Part shown: positions 39,147 through 53,080 of the stretch, in pieces
Position numbering within the stretch: position 1 is the first letter of the stretch
Layout of the letters: every line of letters begins with the position of its first letter
NCBI GenBank assembly: GCA_051362555.1
Contig: CM120648.1
Coordinates: 5,390,587-5,454,586 of the forward strand
DNA from: Lingula anatina
Lineage: Eukaryota > Animalia > Brachiopoda
Length of the DNA stretch: 64,000 nt
Direction: 5' to 3'
Program-made: the position numbers and the translations under genes
Notes under the pieces: model-generated
Told to the model about the DNA's origin: nothing
Seen by the model: only the letters and a program-made list of their open reading frames with translations
Database searches by the model: none

Positions 39147-41657
39147 AACAGTGACAACTAAACTTACGTAATGGGTACACTACACAAGAACAACTTCAAT
39201 ACAGTTGATTACTCATAACTAGACTGAACAATGACAATAGTACACAGTGGAGTACACTATATAATAACTACCTGAGTAGAGTATATGCCATAATAGCAAC
39301 AACAATTGCCATTGTGAATACAATGACTACTTACATAGAGAGAACGGTATACAATATCAAAGACAACATACATTGTAAACAGTGTGACAGCATGTAGTGA
39401 ACAATGTCAGTAGCAGTTTACCTAACGAGCATAGCATACAGTAACTGTGACAACCTACGTTAGTTACAGTGACAACTGACATTATGAGAACAATAGCAAT
39501 TACCACATAGCGCAGTAAATGGAAACATATCACCACAAAATTACAAACAGCAGACACTGTAGAAATGACAACTGCCAACAGTTTGATTGCAGTAGTTGTG
39601 ATGTATTTCTCTGAACATTGCTGTCTCAACTGCTGCAATTGATCAATTCAACATGTGTGTATGTGCTTGAGTGTTTTCACATGTACTTTAATACATATAC
39701 TAATGTGCAAGCTTATCACACTTTGATTTCCAAAGTTAAATTATTATGCTGAAATTTAATCTGCATGCTTTTTAAAAATTAAATTGAGTACATTGTAAAG
39801 TAAGGGAAAAGAGACCAGTGTATTTTGTTTGTTAACTTAACCAAAGCACACTTACAAGCCAATTGAACATCATCTGTAGCATTGACATCCTACAAGTGAC
39901 CATAGGAGAAAAAAATGTAGAATTGAAACACTCTGAAAAATGTACAAACTTTGATCTTGAGTTACCGCCACTCTGGTCTTAAATAATGAGACACTAAGAG
40001 CGCATTAATCGTTTTTCAAGTTGTGGTCTTAGATGCTAGAGCCAGATCAAAAGTTTTGAGTTGATTATTTTTTTACGGAGAATTGGTTTCCTGGTGGGGG
40101 GTATGCTTGGCGGTGTTGAGTGGAAAGGAGCAACAGATGTGTTGCCAACGATTTTGGGGTGGGGTTCCTTTTGTGAAAAAGTGGACCTTTTCACCGTCTT
40201 AGTTGACCCAACTTTTGAAATGGCATAGAACCAAGTTCAGATTTTCATCCACAGCAGACCTTTTCTGGCCAAAAGGGCAATTCTTTGGGATAACCCTGTC
40301 AATGTCTCCACCACCCTCTCCTTTTGCCTACGGTCCGGATTAATTCTCTCTTTATAAACTGCAGTGGTTGACCATGTTGGTGACCCAAGTTCAGCTACAC
40401 ATTTTGTTTTGTCTACCATAATTTTTTCTTCCAAATTATAAAAAAGAAGGAAGAATCAATCAGTTCCCTTCAAAGCTTGGTTTCTGTTTAGCTTACTTGT
40501 TTTATGGCAGTTGGAAAAAAATGACACTAATTGAAAAAACAAAAAAAGAAATATATTTCCTTTTGCTCTATGAAGTGATTTTTCCCCAGTATTCTTGAAA
40601 TAAATGGCTGAAGAAATATTTCATACAAAAGAACTGCTTGCGAATATTTTGTGTTGCATAAATGTAAGCCAAAAGAAACCTGAGCTTTTCTGGTAAGATT
40701 GACTGTCACAAACCAAGGTTTTCTGGTTAGATTGACTGAAACCAACCAATTTCTCAACTTTTGATGCATCCTTCATAATAATACTCCCAGAGAAACCTGT
40801 TCTTCTTGCTACACTTGAACTGCCAATTCTGTCAGAAAATCTATAGATTATAACTTCAGCTAGGGAATCCTGAATGATTCTTGTTGTAATTCCTCCTATC
40901 AAACTTGATACATACTTCTATTCCATTAGATGATGCGATATCCCCTATAGGGAGCAGAGGGACCTTTTAACTAATTGGGATTGAATTCCCCCTCGGGGCT
41001 GTGGTGGTTCAGGGATTGATATCTATAAACACAGTGTTGTTACAATGTGTCCAGCTAGGTGCTTATGGCCGTGAGGGTGCTTTCAACATATGGTCTCAGG
41101 TTTCTTTCTTGCTTTCTGTCTTTTTTCTTTGATAAGATAGATTTTGAAAAAAAAAAGTGAAGTAAACAGTAGCAACTCTGTGATGAAGGAGTAGCTGACT
41201 TAAGAGTTCAATGATTTCAGAGAAGCTAAATAAAAAAGGAAAGAAAAAAGTCTTGTGTTTTCATGTACTAAAAATTAAATAAAGTGAGCATTTTTCTGTT
41301 TTTCAGTTGGAGGAATATATTTTTTGTATTTGATAGCCCTGACCCTCACTGTGGTTCCTTTTGCAATACAAATGCAAATCATGAAATGCATGAAATTTAC
41401 ATTATTTCTCAAAGAAAATCAATGCTGTAACAAGCTTCACTGGACTAGAAAATATATTAGAAGCAAACTGCTGTATATTTCAACCCTCACATGGTCGTTA
41501 ATCAATACTGAATTTAAACAGAATTTTTTCCTGAATTTTTTCACACACATCGAAGATCACAAAATGCAATGCTTTTTATTTTCTGAATTCGCTTACTTCC
41601 CATGTCTTGTCAGTTGGTGCTGAATTCTTATCCAGTATTGTTTTCTATTCTTTTCAG

Positions 41658-41796
41658 TCACAAGAGTTACAAATGGACACAATAAGCACGAGCGTCATCG
41701 AGGCGGAGGCCATGGTTATGAGACGTCGTCGTCAGTCATCACAAGTGATATAGAAACCACTAGCTTTTTCGATTCTGAAGATGATGCTTCAAGCAG
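41658..41796 (+). CDS. dvl: Dishevelled coding exon (TRVTNGHNKHERHRGGGHGYETSSSVITSDIETTSFFDSEDDASS(R))
   Basis: ttcttttcag acceptor; 139 nt, phase 1 to 2; AG|GTAAGT donor; matches the Dvl GYESSS...SELETTSFFDS.ED...SR region. Confidence 0.95.
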
Positions 41797-42013
41797 GTAA
41801 GTTATTTTAGTGTTCTGGTAAAATAAGAAATTTACACTTCTTAAGTAGACTTCTTAACATAACATAGACTTCTTAGCGTAATTTGGACAGGGTTTGATAG
41901 AGAATAATGTTTATCTTACAAAAAAATCGAGTATTCGATTTGAATTTTAAAAGGAACAACATTGGACTTTTTTGACAGTGACAATTTTTTCTCTCTCTTC
42001 TTTTTTTGCGCAG

Positions 42014-42107
42014 GTTCTCATCAATGACAGATGCTACAAGTAGGTCATCAAAATATGGTCGTCATCGGCGGCGGAAACGGAAACATCGTATGCCCCCCAT
42101 CAGCAGA
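42014..42107 (+). CDS. dvl: Dishevelled coding exon, basic region ((R)FSSMTDATSRSSKYGRHRRRKRKHRMPPISR)
   Basis: Long pyrimidine tract plus cag; 94 nt, phase 2 to 0; AGA|GTGAGT donor; RFSS.T...RHRRRKRK basic cluster that precedes the PDZ domain in Dvl. Confidence 0.95.
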
Positions 42108-42694
42108 GTGAGTACTGCCCTGAATTCTTTATCTGGCATCAGCTATGCAATGTGGTATATTTCTGTGTGTCTGTGGCATGATCTGAAGCCAAGAAAAAGA
42201 GATGATATTTGGCATTTATAAATTTTTTACATTTTAGAGGATATTGTATCAGAAATTAATTTTTTGTTTTCTTGTATTTTATATGCCAATATGTGAAGTA
42301 AAATTTTTTCACAAGCAGAAATATTGCACATTCCAATGTTGACCATTTGTTGTGTTGGTTTCTTGGGAGTTGACTATACACCATATTGCAATCACACACA
42401 ATCAACATACACAGAAGCAGACGAGGAAGCAGCCGTCTCACCACCAGTCAAGGATAGCTGATTTTTCTCCTCCATGTTGCTTTTCTCTTTTGCCGTGAAT
42501 GAAAAACAAAACCTGTTCTGTTGATTTATTTGCAAACAATTTCAGGAGGACTTAAAGCAGATAACTGACCAACTGAGTGTGACTGATGTTGAGAAGATTT
42601 ACTAAAATTTAATTTTGCATCCTTGGAGTAGCTGTGTGCGTGTGCGCGCGCTTCACATGCATTTCTGTGTATTGGTGTGAGAGAGAGAAAGAGC

Positions 42695-42964
42695 ATGGGT
42701 ATTTATCTGTCCACTTTTCAGCGAATATACCTCATAGATGTAAACTCTCGTGTTGTGCCCTGTAACCACATTCACATGGCAACCCTTATTCTGACCAGCG
42801 TATTCCTGGCAACAACAGCTCTGTTCTGTAACCACTTCCCCATGACAACCTGTATTGTATTATCACCCTGTGCTGTAGATGGTGGAGTGATGTCAGTTTC
42901 TACCAGCATAATGTACATACTAGGCTGTAATTGCTCTCCTTCAAGGTGCACCGAAGAGGCCAAG
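42695..42964 (+). CDS. Candidate alternative first exon of Dishevelled (MGIYLS...MYILGCNCSPSRCTEEAK), start ATG uncertain
   Basis: 90 open codons ending at a phase-0 AAG|GTGAGT donor (42965); in-frame ATGs include 42695, 42890 and 42911. Confidence 0.35.
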
Positions 42965-45900
42965 GTGAGTGTTACTTGTTTGTGCTACAATTGTTTAACA
43001 TTGACCATATACCGTTTGTATGAATTGATTCTGTTGTGATGATGTCATTGCGGATTATGTATATCTACTTATGATGAGAGATGACCTGTATGGACATTTT
43101 ATGCTGAAGATCAGGAACACCTTGCAAGAAAACCAAAATGGTGGACAGTTTCCTGATGCATTGTCAGAAATCTTGGAGTCATTGTTTTGTATGAAAATTG
43201 TACCACCTTGTTTCCAAATTTTGGATACGATGGCATGAATCCCAGCATATTAAAATTCAAACCATCTTTGGTATTGCTGTGTTATTTGGATGATATGGAG
43301 CATAAAAAATGATTTAAAAAAAATGGTGGACAGTATTCTCCTGATTCTAGATACATCAGCCTCTTTTTCACTTCTGGTCTTTTCTGATGGGGGTAGGGCT
43401 AAAACAGACCCTTTTTTGCCATGTATTTTACTTCAAGCCAAGCATGTCTGACGGTTGAGACTTTTTTCTTCATCTCTTTTTTTTTTTTTTTTTTTTTTTG
43501 TAATGAAAAGGGAAAACGACTTAACATGGTACTATTTTGAGACGCTGAAGGTTATTATGATAGCTAACTGCGTGATATGGTTCCCAGTTATCTCCGCGTG
43601 GTCACTTGTTTTGTAATCAAAACATGGGCAAATTGGTTTTTATAAGACCACTTCTTTCCACTAGGCCAGAGGAAATGAGTTTGTGCTCGATGGCAGCCAA
43701 CTTAGCCTGTTTGATAGAAAAATAGCAGATGGTCAGGATTGGAGTGATTTTAATGGATGGCTGTAGGTTTTACTTTGGGAAGAAAAATGTTGTTCACAAT
43801 CAGGTGTACTTTTCATACCACTGAATGTGGTTTTCTTCCCTTTGAAAAAATAAAAAGTGTGACCATGTTGAAGTGCAAAGGAAAATTTTGGCAGGCCTTG
43901 CAGCACTTTCTTTCAAAGATGTCTGACATTCTGTACCTAAAACATTGCAATTAAAATGACAATTGTTTTTGTACCTGGAGCATTGTGGCACACATAAAAA
44001 TGCAGTACTTATAAATCACCTTGACATTTCATGTTTGCTCTTTAAAGTGAAGTGATATTGCAATTTTTACAAATAAGAAGTACATTCACAGAGTCATATC
44101 TAAATTTTATTACAGAATACTAAAAAAAGTTATTTCACAATTTGTATTCTGCAAAACCAATAATAGCTGTATTCTTAGCTACCTCCCTTTTATGCTTCTC
44201 GGCAGAAACGCTGGAAAGAGAGAGAAAGAGAGAGAGAAGGAGCCTCCCACAGCCTCAACTCTTCTCTGACGTTAATTAGAGGAGATCACTGGGCGAGGAA
44301 AGCCTCATAAAATCTGTCTCTGAAAGATCATCTCCATCATATCCAATCAGTAAAAACGGGTTAGGTGGTGCAGAACCGGAATTTACTTAGATTACCACCA
44401 TTATTGTACATTGGGTGTCTTTATTTCAAAGTCCGTGTGGACTTGGACCACTTTATGCTATCCTGAATGTCTGAGAATATCAATTAAATTAGTCTTCGGA
44501 CACAATTTGCGCTGGTTTCTAATCCAAAATGACCTGGTCTGAATTGAGCGTTAGAATTTGTGTTTTTCAACATGGCAGCACACCTGGTTTTAGTTAAAAA
44601 AGAGGAAAGGAAATGGCCGATTCATCTTGTAAACTATTTTATGGTTATTTATGTCACAGCTAGGACAAATTGTTTGTTGGGAGATACAGGGAGAAAGAGA
44701 CTGCAGATTGGAGATGTGATAGAATATTAATATTGTTTGTTTATGGTTCTATTGAAGAATAGATAGCAAAGAGGTGTTTAAAAAACAGTTGAATTAATGA
44801 TGCATATTGGAAAATGTATCCCAAAGGTCACTTCAGAATCATATCTGACATTTTTAAGTTGTTCCTAAACATGATACGGTTTCTGGATATGTTATTTTCA
44901 ATTATGGATATCATTACATTGTCTGCCATCTTTAAAAAGATGAAAGAAAAATATCCCCATGGGTGTATTCCAACTTCCTGAAAATCATGTAGAATATTTA
45001 AAGATAGAAACATATTTGGGTCTTGTAGCAATAGGTTACAAATAAAAGCAAGCTCGGCTGATTGGGTTTGATTATACAAAAACAAGCACGGAAATAGGAC
45101 TGTTATGGAAAGGAAAGTAAGAGCCAAAGGTTGGAAAAGGTGGAGATTTATTCCATGTCCTTGTCCCTCAATGAGGAAACAACAATATTTGCCTGTTGTT
45201 TCTATGAGATCATTTCTTTGGTGTTGAATCAACTTCTTGAAGGAGGGAGCAAAGATCAGACTTCTGGTTTTGATATGGCTTGACGCACAAACAAGAAAAT
45301 GGAGAATATGTGAGGAAACAGAGCTGTTTGAAGAAAAAAGAACTGTTTGGTGTTCATAAGTTTACACTTGTTTATCAGATTAAGGCACTGAACATGAGTT
45401 TGACACCAGTATTATTAAGACAAAATAGCAGATAAAAAATAAAAGCAACACTAATTTTTCCACACCCCATGTTGAGAGGGAAAGTGAACTTATTGATCCA
45501 AGAAAATATTTCACCAAGAAAGCAATCATCAATCTTGATAGAAATATTCCTCAGAAACCTCACAGCAAGCAGCTCTGCATGAGCGATTTCAGAAACCAAT
45601 AGATTAAAGTACGGGTTCAGTCCAGTATGGTCTGCAATAAGAAATGTTGGATCAGTAAGCAATAACATGGAATGTCATCTTCACGTTTGGTTTGAAGAAT
45701 GCATAAGGCATTTTAATAGGCACATAAATTAGAATATGTGTGTTCTTGTTGTAGTATGTATGCACACACATACTTAAAATGCCCATGTGCATTAGTGCAT
45801 GTGTACATGCATGCGTGCACGCACACACATATACACTTGTTTGGTAAAATGTCAGTTTAAATTACTCCACAGATACCATATACTGTAATGAAGCAGTCAA

Positions 45901-47739
45901 CAAGGATTTGGCCCCAAGAAGCCAAGAACATTGGAAATGTGGATTTAAACTTAACATTTCATCAAACATCACCCAACTACCTAGAGGTTGGATACGCAGC
46001 AAGAGCACTGGCCTCCAGAATAAGAAAATGATTGATTTTCCTCCCTGCCTTATTAAAAGGCTGTGGATGGTCGTGCATATCCAGCATCCAGGGCATGTTT
46101 GTTTTAGCTGTGCTGTTACACTGGGCCCCTAGAGAGGATGCAGAATGGCACCCCTATTCTTATACTTGGGTAGGGCCCTGTAGTGAAACAATTGGTGAAA
46201 CGTGGAAAAATTGCAAGTTTGAAGAGGAAAATGTTTAAAGTTTGGGGACAGCTTAGTTGAAGCCCTAAAAGAGATAAAGTGGTGATTTTTAGTAAAATTC
46301 ATCAGAACGTCTGCTGTTTTGGATACAGTAAGGAGTATCTTTGAAGTGGGGACGGACGCACATGGATGATACTGGGGGAAGGGTCTGCTCAATAGATCTT
46401 TAAGACCCCGCTGACAACTTCTGGGAAGATCAACAAGAGGAGGCCCAGCCTGCACCTGAGCACTGATGATTTGACCAATATTCCTGCCTATTTGACCAAC
46501 CGCCTGTATCAGCATCACACCAGCTTGTGGGTACCTCTGGATCATAACAACTGCAGAGAATCGCAATAACAACTGGATGGGAGGGAGAGAAAGGTCTGGT
46601 GATGCAGCACAGAGGATGTAGTTTCCTTGTAGAACTCTAGTGTGCGGAGGATCTTATAGTAACAACTGCTGTGTGGTAGGCAGACCAGTGTTGTATAGTA
46701 CACTACAGTATATATATAGGAGAATTCCTGGTGGAACTGGAGTTGGGAGACTGAAAAAGAATATTTACGAGAATTGTGGCAAGTTGTGGGTATATTGTAG
46801 ATGTAAAGATGTACATCGTGGATGCCTGATTTTTTGTAGTTATTTTCAGTTGTTCTCCTAATGACATTATGAGATAGTTGTATATAGAGAAGATTAGTTT
46901 CTTACGGAATGATACAGTTAAGAAAGATGTTAATAAGTAATTCAACAGAGGCTTTGTACACAGTTGAGGAAATATTCAAGTTTAGGTTTTTTGTTTTTTT
47001 TTTTTGGGGGGGGGGGGTTGGTAATATGAGTTAAGAGGAATTTTTGCTCCCTGTAGACATATATGGGGAAATTATTTTAAAGGAAAATTGGAGCAAACTT
47101 CAGGTTATGTAAATAGCGATTTGATCTGAACAGAAGAGGCCCCCATAATTTTAAGTCTTCATTTTAATAATTTTGTTTTTCATTTGTCCCAAATGTGATG
47201 AAAAATTGAAAGTTACGTTCAGTATTTTCAGCCTTGACAACTTTCACCCGTGGTGGTTGTGGATTGACAGGTGTGAACTTTGTGTGGAGAGATTTGATGT
47301 GATCACGACATGGGAGACACGCTCTCCCCAGCTGGGCATATGTCGCTTTATATTCCCTAATTCATTGCCAAAATCCAGTATACAGGAGAAAAAACATATT
47401 TTCACTTGTTGACATCGACTTATGATTGGAGAAATATAAAAAAAAAGAGAAATATCGAAAGTCCTTACCAACTGTGTGACAGTAGTTTGCCATAATATGA
47501 AGTTCCAGATTAACAAATGACAATTTTTATGCCTCAAAAGAGTCTGAAATTGATGTCTTTGAAGTTGATGGAGCTGAAAGTGATGACTGTGGAAAATGAA
47601 GACATTTTTGATACAAATGACAACTTAACTGTGCTGAAGCTGAAACTAATGACAGCTTATCTGATCCAGAACTGCAATGGAGTAGGTCTTTTCATTTATA
47701 TGCAAGTTGGAATTGGAAGTTTTCACTTACAATCTGAGG

Positions 47740-47960
47740 ACGAGGAGTACGGAATCTGAGGATAATATTTCAAGGGATGAAAGTAAGGGAAGGAATTTGA
47801 GGAACAGAACCTAGGGATAAAACTGTGGAATAGGCTCTGAGGATAAAACTGAGGGATATGATATGAGGATAGGATTGAGAAAGAAAATCTGGAGGAAAAA
47901 AGGAGAAATGAAATCTGAAAATCTAAAACTGAGATATAGAACCTGATGATGAAACGGTGA
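47740..47960. repeat. Degenerate purine-rich tandem repeat (ctgaggataaaa-like, about 12-bp units)
   Basis: Recurring tgagga(t)a words; boundaries approximate. Confidence 0.5.
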
Positions 47961-50900
47961 CAGTTTCTCAAATGAAACTTGCTTTTGATCCTTTTGGAGT
48001 GACTGTAATGGCTCCTTATAGATTGGTTTTAAAAGAGCCTCTGTAAAAGAAAAAAAAGATACAAGGTAACAGAATATAGAATATAGACATTTCTGTAAAT
48101 CCTAGTCCTAGTCAACAAGGACTTTGTTAACATGGACAACAACCTGGAATGTTTAATTGACATTTGGTTGCCCTTTCTGCATCAGTTCTGATGTTCATGT
48201 TCCACTAGAGTAGCCACTAGAGTGAGTGACCACTGATTTAGGTGACCATTGGTTATCATCAAAGTTGCTAATATTTTAAGGGATTTTAATCCAGAAACTG
48301 CCCTGCAGCACAAATATTTGGATGGAGGTTATCATTAATTCATAAGTAAGTTATTTAAGGCGCACGCAAGCCCCAGCCCAGTGTCTCGTCTGTGTATTGG
48401 ATATTTTGAGAAATCAGCTGAAATTAAACAGGGAGATTTAGTGCTGTTGATGTGTTGGACAGGGATGTAGCCATGGTAGTATGGCGATAGGACTGGGAGT
48501 AGAGGTTTAACATAGCAAGAAGACAAAACTCAGGGTAACAGATGAAATGAATTGTCAGATCATGGAAGGTCATTTATTTTAGCATTAGAAAAACAAGATA
48601 GATTTGATTACCCATTTACTTATCGTCTTTTTCATGTTTTATTAACAAGACACGTTTATTAAAATTGTTGTTTATAAAATGTCAGTTTGGTAAGAGGTCA
48701 CGGGGATGTGTACTTATTGTGGGCCACAGATTGAATTAGAGAACGAGGTAATGGGTGTGCTGAGATTTTTTTCCTGCAAGGTAGACTTGTAAAATAGACA
48801 GATTTTCTATAATGACAAGGTTAAATGTGTGGTTTTCTCCTGTGTGGCAAGGTCTTAGAGTGAAAGTGATCTCAAAGTTTCTAGGTTGTTGGGGTTTCAA
48901 ATATGTAAAACACGGGAGTTGTTTCAGTGATAGAAATACCACAGCCTTGGAGAAGAGGTTGAATGTCAGAAATCTAACAAGTACTTGAAAGCTACCAAAA
49001 GTTTTGGAATCCGTTGAATCCCAAGAATACAAGGCTATCATTTTGATTTTAAGAATCTTCTATGTGAAGTGTGTATTTTCTTTTATTCACCTGCTTTGAG
49101 AACCTTGCAAGAGGAGGCAGGTGGAAAATCATACTTTTAGGTGCTATCTAAGATTTCTGTCACTACTGCTTGAGGCGTCATTTAATTGTGAACGGAACCA
49201 ATTAAGTATCAGTGTACACTGTAATTAATTCAAGTGAAGTTGTCATTCTATTGATCTGCCATTTATAATTAAGTGTTGTTGTTTTGTAGAGGAATTATGG
49301 ATGGTTATTGCAGAAACATGAATACTGATTGAGAGTTTTGTGGTTTCGCTTTGCGTGGAATTCATAATTATGCCATTTCTGAAAAATCTCTTGGGTTTTA
49401 CAGATTTGAGGTCTGTGAGGGATTCTGGGAAATTAATTTGGACAGAAAGTAGATTAAGCATAAGGATTGTCCAGTCATTTAGAAACTGACAAAAGTTGGA
49501 TGCTAACATATACTGAAACAGGGTGAAACCTTTTTTGGTGAGAGATCAAAACAATTTTCAAATTTAAGTGAATTACAGCACGTGTTACCCTGTGAAAAAG
49601 CCCTACAAAAAAAAATTTTTTTTTTAAATGGGCACTCATGAAGTAAAATATAAATGCACTTGGCAAAAACTGGCTGACAGATTTAACAATTTTGTGATGC
49701 AATAGCCAAGCCTACTCCAAAAGGAGACAGCACAGTTTTTGTGATTTATTTCTAAGACATCACAGGCCATTGACGCCAGTACGCGTAGCATGTCATGATG
49801 TTATCTACAGAGAGATCTTATCGCAAGAAAAGCGGGCAAATGATTTTCCTAAAGACCCCAGAGAAGTCATCAGGCTGGCCTTGCATAAGCTAGCATTAAA
49901 TCAATAGAGACTTCATCAGACAAGATGCAGGAATTGTTGGTACTTGCTGCTGAGAAAACAATCCCAGGTTATAGTTGCGTAATCCATAATATTTGGATGT
50001 TGCAATAACTTGTGTAATGGTCAGATGTTATGAGGCTGAGGTTGTGTGATTCAAAATCCACTTCCCTCTATTTCCTTTTCTTCAGTAGCAAGAGGTTTTT
50101 GGGCAAAACGTTTTTAACACTTCTTTACCCAACTGACAGAAAAAAGTTTTAAAATGAGAATTTTGCTTGCCTCCTTATAAAACTCTTAAAGCAATTTAGT
50201 GGGACTGCAAGTCACTAAAAATTTCAGGAGAAATGTTACGGAAAAAAAATACTGGCATGTTTCTCATGTGGTCCTTTTTACAAGTAAGACTGGAATGTAT
50301 TACAGATATAACCTGCTGAAACTGTACAAGTACGGCATTCTAAAGAAAAGGTGGAATGGAAACTAAAATTTAAAAGTTATCGTGAAATTGATCACCTGCA
50401 GGTGAATCTACAAGCCTCCTAAATGAAGTCATTGAGCAAAATTCAGTGGTTACTGGCACTTGCTGGTGGAGAAAAATATACCAAGATAACAGTTATGTAA
50501 TGAATAATATACATTTATTATGCAAGGAATGATATACTGGTATAATGTTGTCACTGCTAAGGTTAACAACTAGCTGAGAAGCAAAAACGAGATGTGATCT
50601 GTTCTCAAATTACCATAGCAAAATGTGTTTCTTAGTAGAAATAAGGCATGTTATGTGTGAAAGTCAGTTACAGACAAAGGATGGGAGGTACCCAGTCAAT
50701 GCTTCACTATAATAAACTGTAATAAACTTAGCCAAGGTTCAAGATCTGTACCATTTATCAGATGGAACACTTGATTTTTTTAGTCTTTAAAAGGTGCTTC
50801 ACCTAAACATTATGACAGAGAGGAGAAGTCAACGGGTGCAGTGGAGAGATATCATCAGAGGGTACCTTTCAGGTTGACAAATATAGAATATGTGTATTAT

Positions 50901-52865
50901 TATGTTTTCTAGAGAAAAGTGGATCAGTTATTCAAACTTTTTTTTTTAAGTTAAATTATAATGGGTAAAAATCATAACACAAAGAGACAAAGGGATACTT
51001 TTTTTTGTACAAAAAAGAGTTGATACGGCAAGTGTAATTAAATTTTTGTTTTGAAATATTAAGGGTTTTTGCAACCTATTATTCAGGTTAGTGAAGTCGT
51101 AGTTACCTATGAAATAGAGTGCATTTTGGTTGTATTATAACTTTTAGTAGTTTACGTTGGAGCACATATTATTGGAGATGCACTTGAGAGGTTGCAGAAC
51201 TTTTTTTAGCATTTTCAATCTTTTTTTTTTTTTTTTCACATTACTGATTGCAGCATTTGAAGAGGTATCGTAACAATGCAAAGAGCATACTTCGTTAACT
51301 ATTGCTAGCTGACAAAAAATGGAATTGAAAATACTGTCCCAGCATGGGTCTTGAAAAGGGCATCTAAGTGTTGTAATTGATATACACAGTGCATTGTTGG
51401 AGTATAAAACCAATCTGCTGAAGAAAAGAAGGAAAAATGGGTGGCAGGGATCATGATGCAACATTTAATTAAGTGAATAAATAAATTAATGAATAAGGCA
51501 GAAGGGAAATTGATTTCAAAATGTGCCACTGCAGAACATCACTAAGAGTACCTACCAATCCTGAAATACTCACGTCAGCTCTTTAAGATCATAAAAATGG
51601 ATTGTGATTCAAATAACATGTGATGTAAAATTGACGTCTTTCATAATGAGTAAAGAACATTCTCTAGGAAAGAAAAAAACAGCTTAGCAAAGACTCGGGT
51701 TACCTCATCTGGTGGTGTTAAAAATAAATGCCTGAAGACAATGACCCGTTAGGTTGAACGTAGAAAAGCGCGCAGAGAGAAAAAATGGCAACTTTTGCTC
51801 CAGTAAGGTGAGGTCGCAGCCAGAGAAACAATATCTGTAGATAAGCAGACATCATGCTGTTCCATTAGGGGAGAGAAATGTGTTTTTTGACAGTGGGCCG
51901 GCTTCTGCTCTGATTGTGACGCAACTCTGCAAGCTGCAGTTATTTCCTTGGCTGTGTTAACGGGAAGGTTTTTTTATGGAAGTTAAGCTACAGTTATGAA
52001 TCCATGATTACGATAAGAGAAGTTTTGGGACTTAACAGAAAGGCTTGAGAGAGGAGTGAAAGAAAGAGGAAGAAAAAAAAAAAAAAGACACAGCCGTGTT
52101 CACACAGGTTTGATTGTTTTAGGTTTAAAACGTGCCATGCTACCAAAGCTAATTACCTTGGACATGATCGTCAACAGTGAAGAGGGGGCCTCTGTTTGCA
52201 TGTCCTTATATTAATTGTTTCTGTACTAATTTTGGATTGGAAACATATTGACTTCTAAAATCCCTTCTGATGGTTGTAGAGACCTCCCAAAGTAAGCTAA
52301 GGTTATTCTGGATAGGTTATTCTGCCGTAGACTTGATGTTAGCAAGGTTGATATATATGTTTTAGTTGTAGTTTTGTTGTAGTACTACGGAACTTGGACA
52401 GTTTGTAGTTCTAGTTAAAAGTTCTCTCAAGCAAAAACCAACACAGAAAATGCATTTTTGATATGTGCATTAATAACATGTTGCTAGTTATCTGGACAAA
52501 GCACATCTTGAACCAACAGACTGGCTTCTAGCTGTATCTTCTAAGAAAATGTGCAACCCTGAAATACAACACAGTCTGGATCACATGTCCTCATAAAACA
52601 CCAGTACAAAGGATACTTCAAGAAAATTTAAATCTTTGTAATAAGTTGTTGATAAATGACTTGTAGACTGCAAGTTTTGCTTGTAGAGTTCATTCTGTTT
52701 GTGGATTTCATTCTGAGACTGTTTGTGAGGATTGCGTGCTTGATGTGTTTAGAACGTAGCAAGAAGTGTTATTTAACAGTGTTAGAGAACCAAAGAGTGT
52801 CAACACCCAATTGTGATCAGGAGATAAATGAACGTCACATCTAAACTGGGTCTGGCGTAGTTTAA

Positions 52866-53080
52866 GACCCCATTTCCAAAGATTAGATCGATCTACTTTA
52901 GATCGACCTAACTCCCTGGGGGTTCACGCTAAATAGCTGTCAGCCGAGCAGACACGAAAGTTAATTACCCCCTTACAGCTTGTAGTAGGCGGGACGGACA
53001 TTTAAGCGGGGTTATCTGACAGTAATCTAGTGAGACTCCCCGCGGGGATAGATTGATCTAAAAGCTCTGGAAATACAGCC
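52866..53080 (+). mobile_element. MITE family A copy 3 (PIF/Harbinger-like)
   Basis: TIRs atttccaaagattagatcgatcta ... tagattgatctaaaagctctggaaat; TAA/TAA TSD. Confidence 0.88.

Noticed and set aside
44828-45232. Minus-strand 134-aa ORF as a LINE reverse transcriptase fragment
   Set aside because: No PQG or YADD-type motifs; the superficial resemblance did not hold on closer reading.
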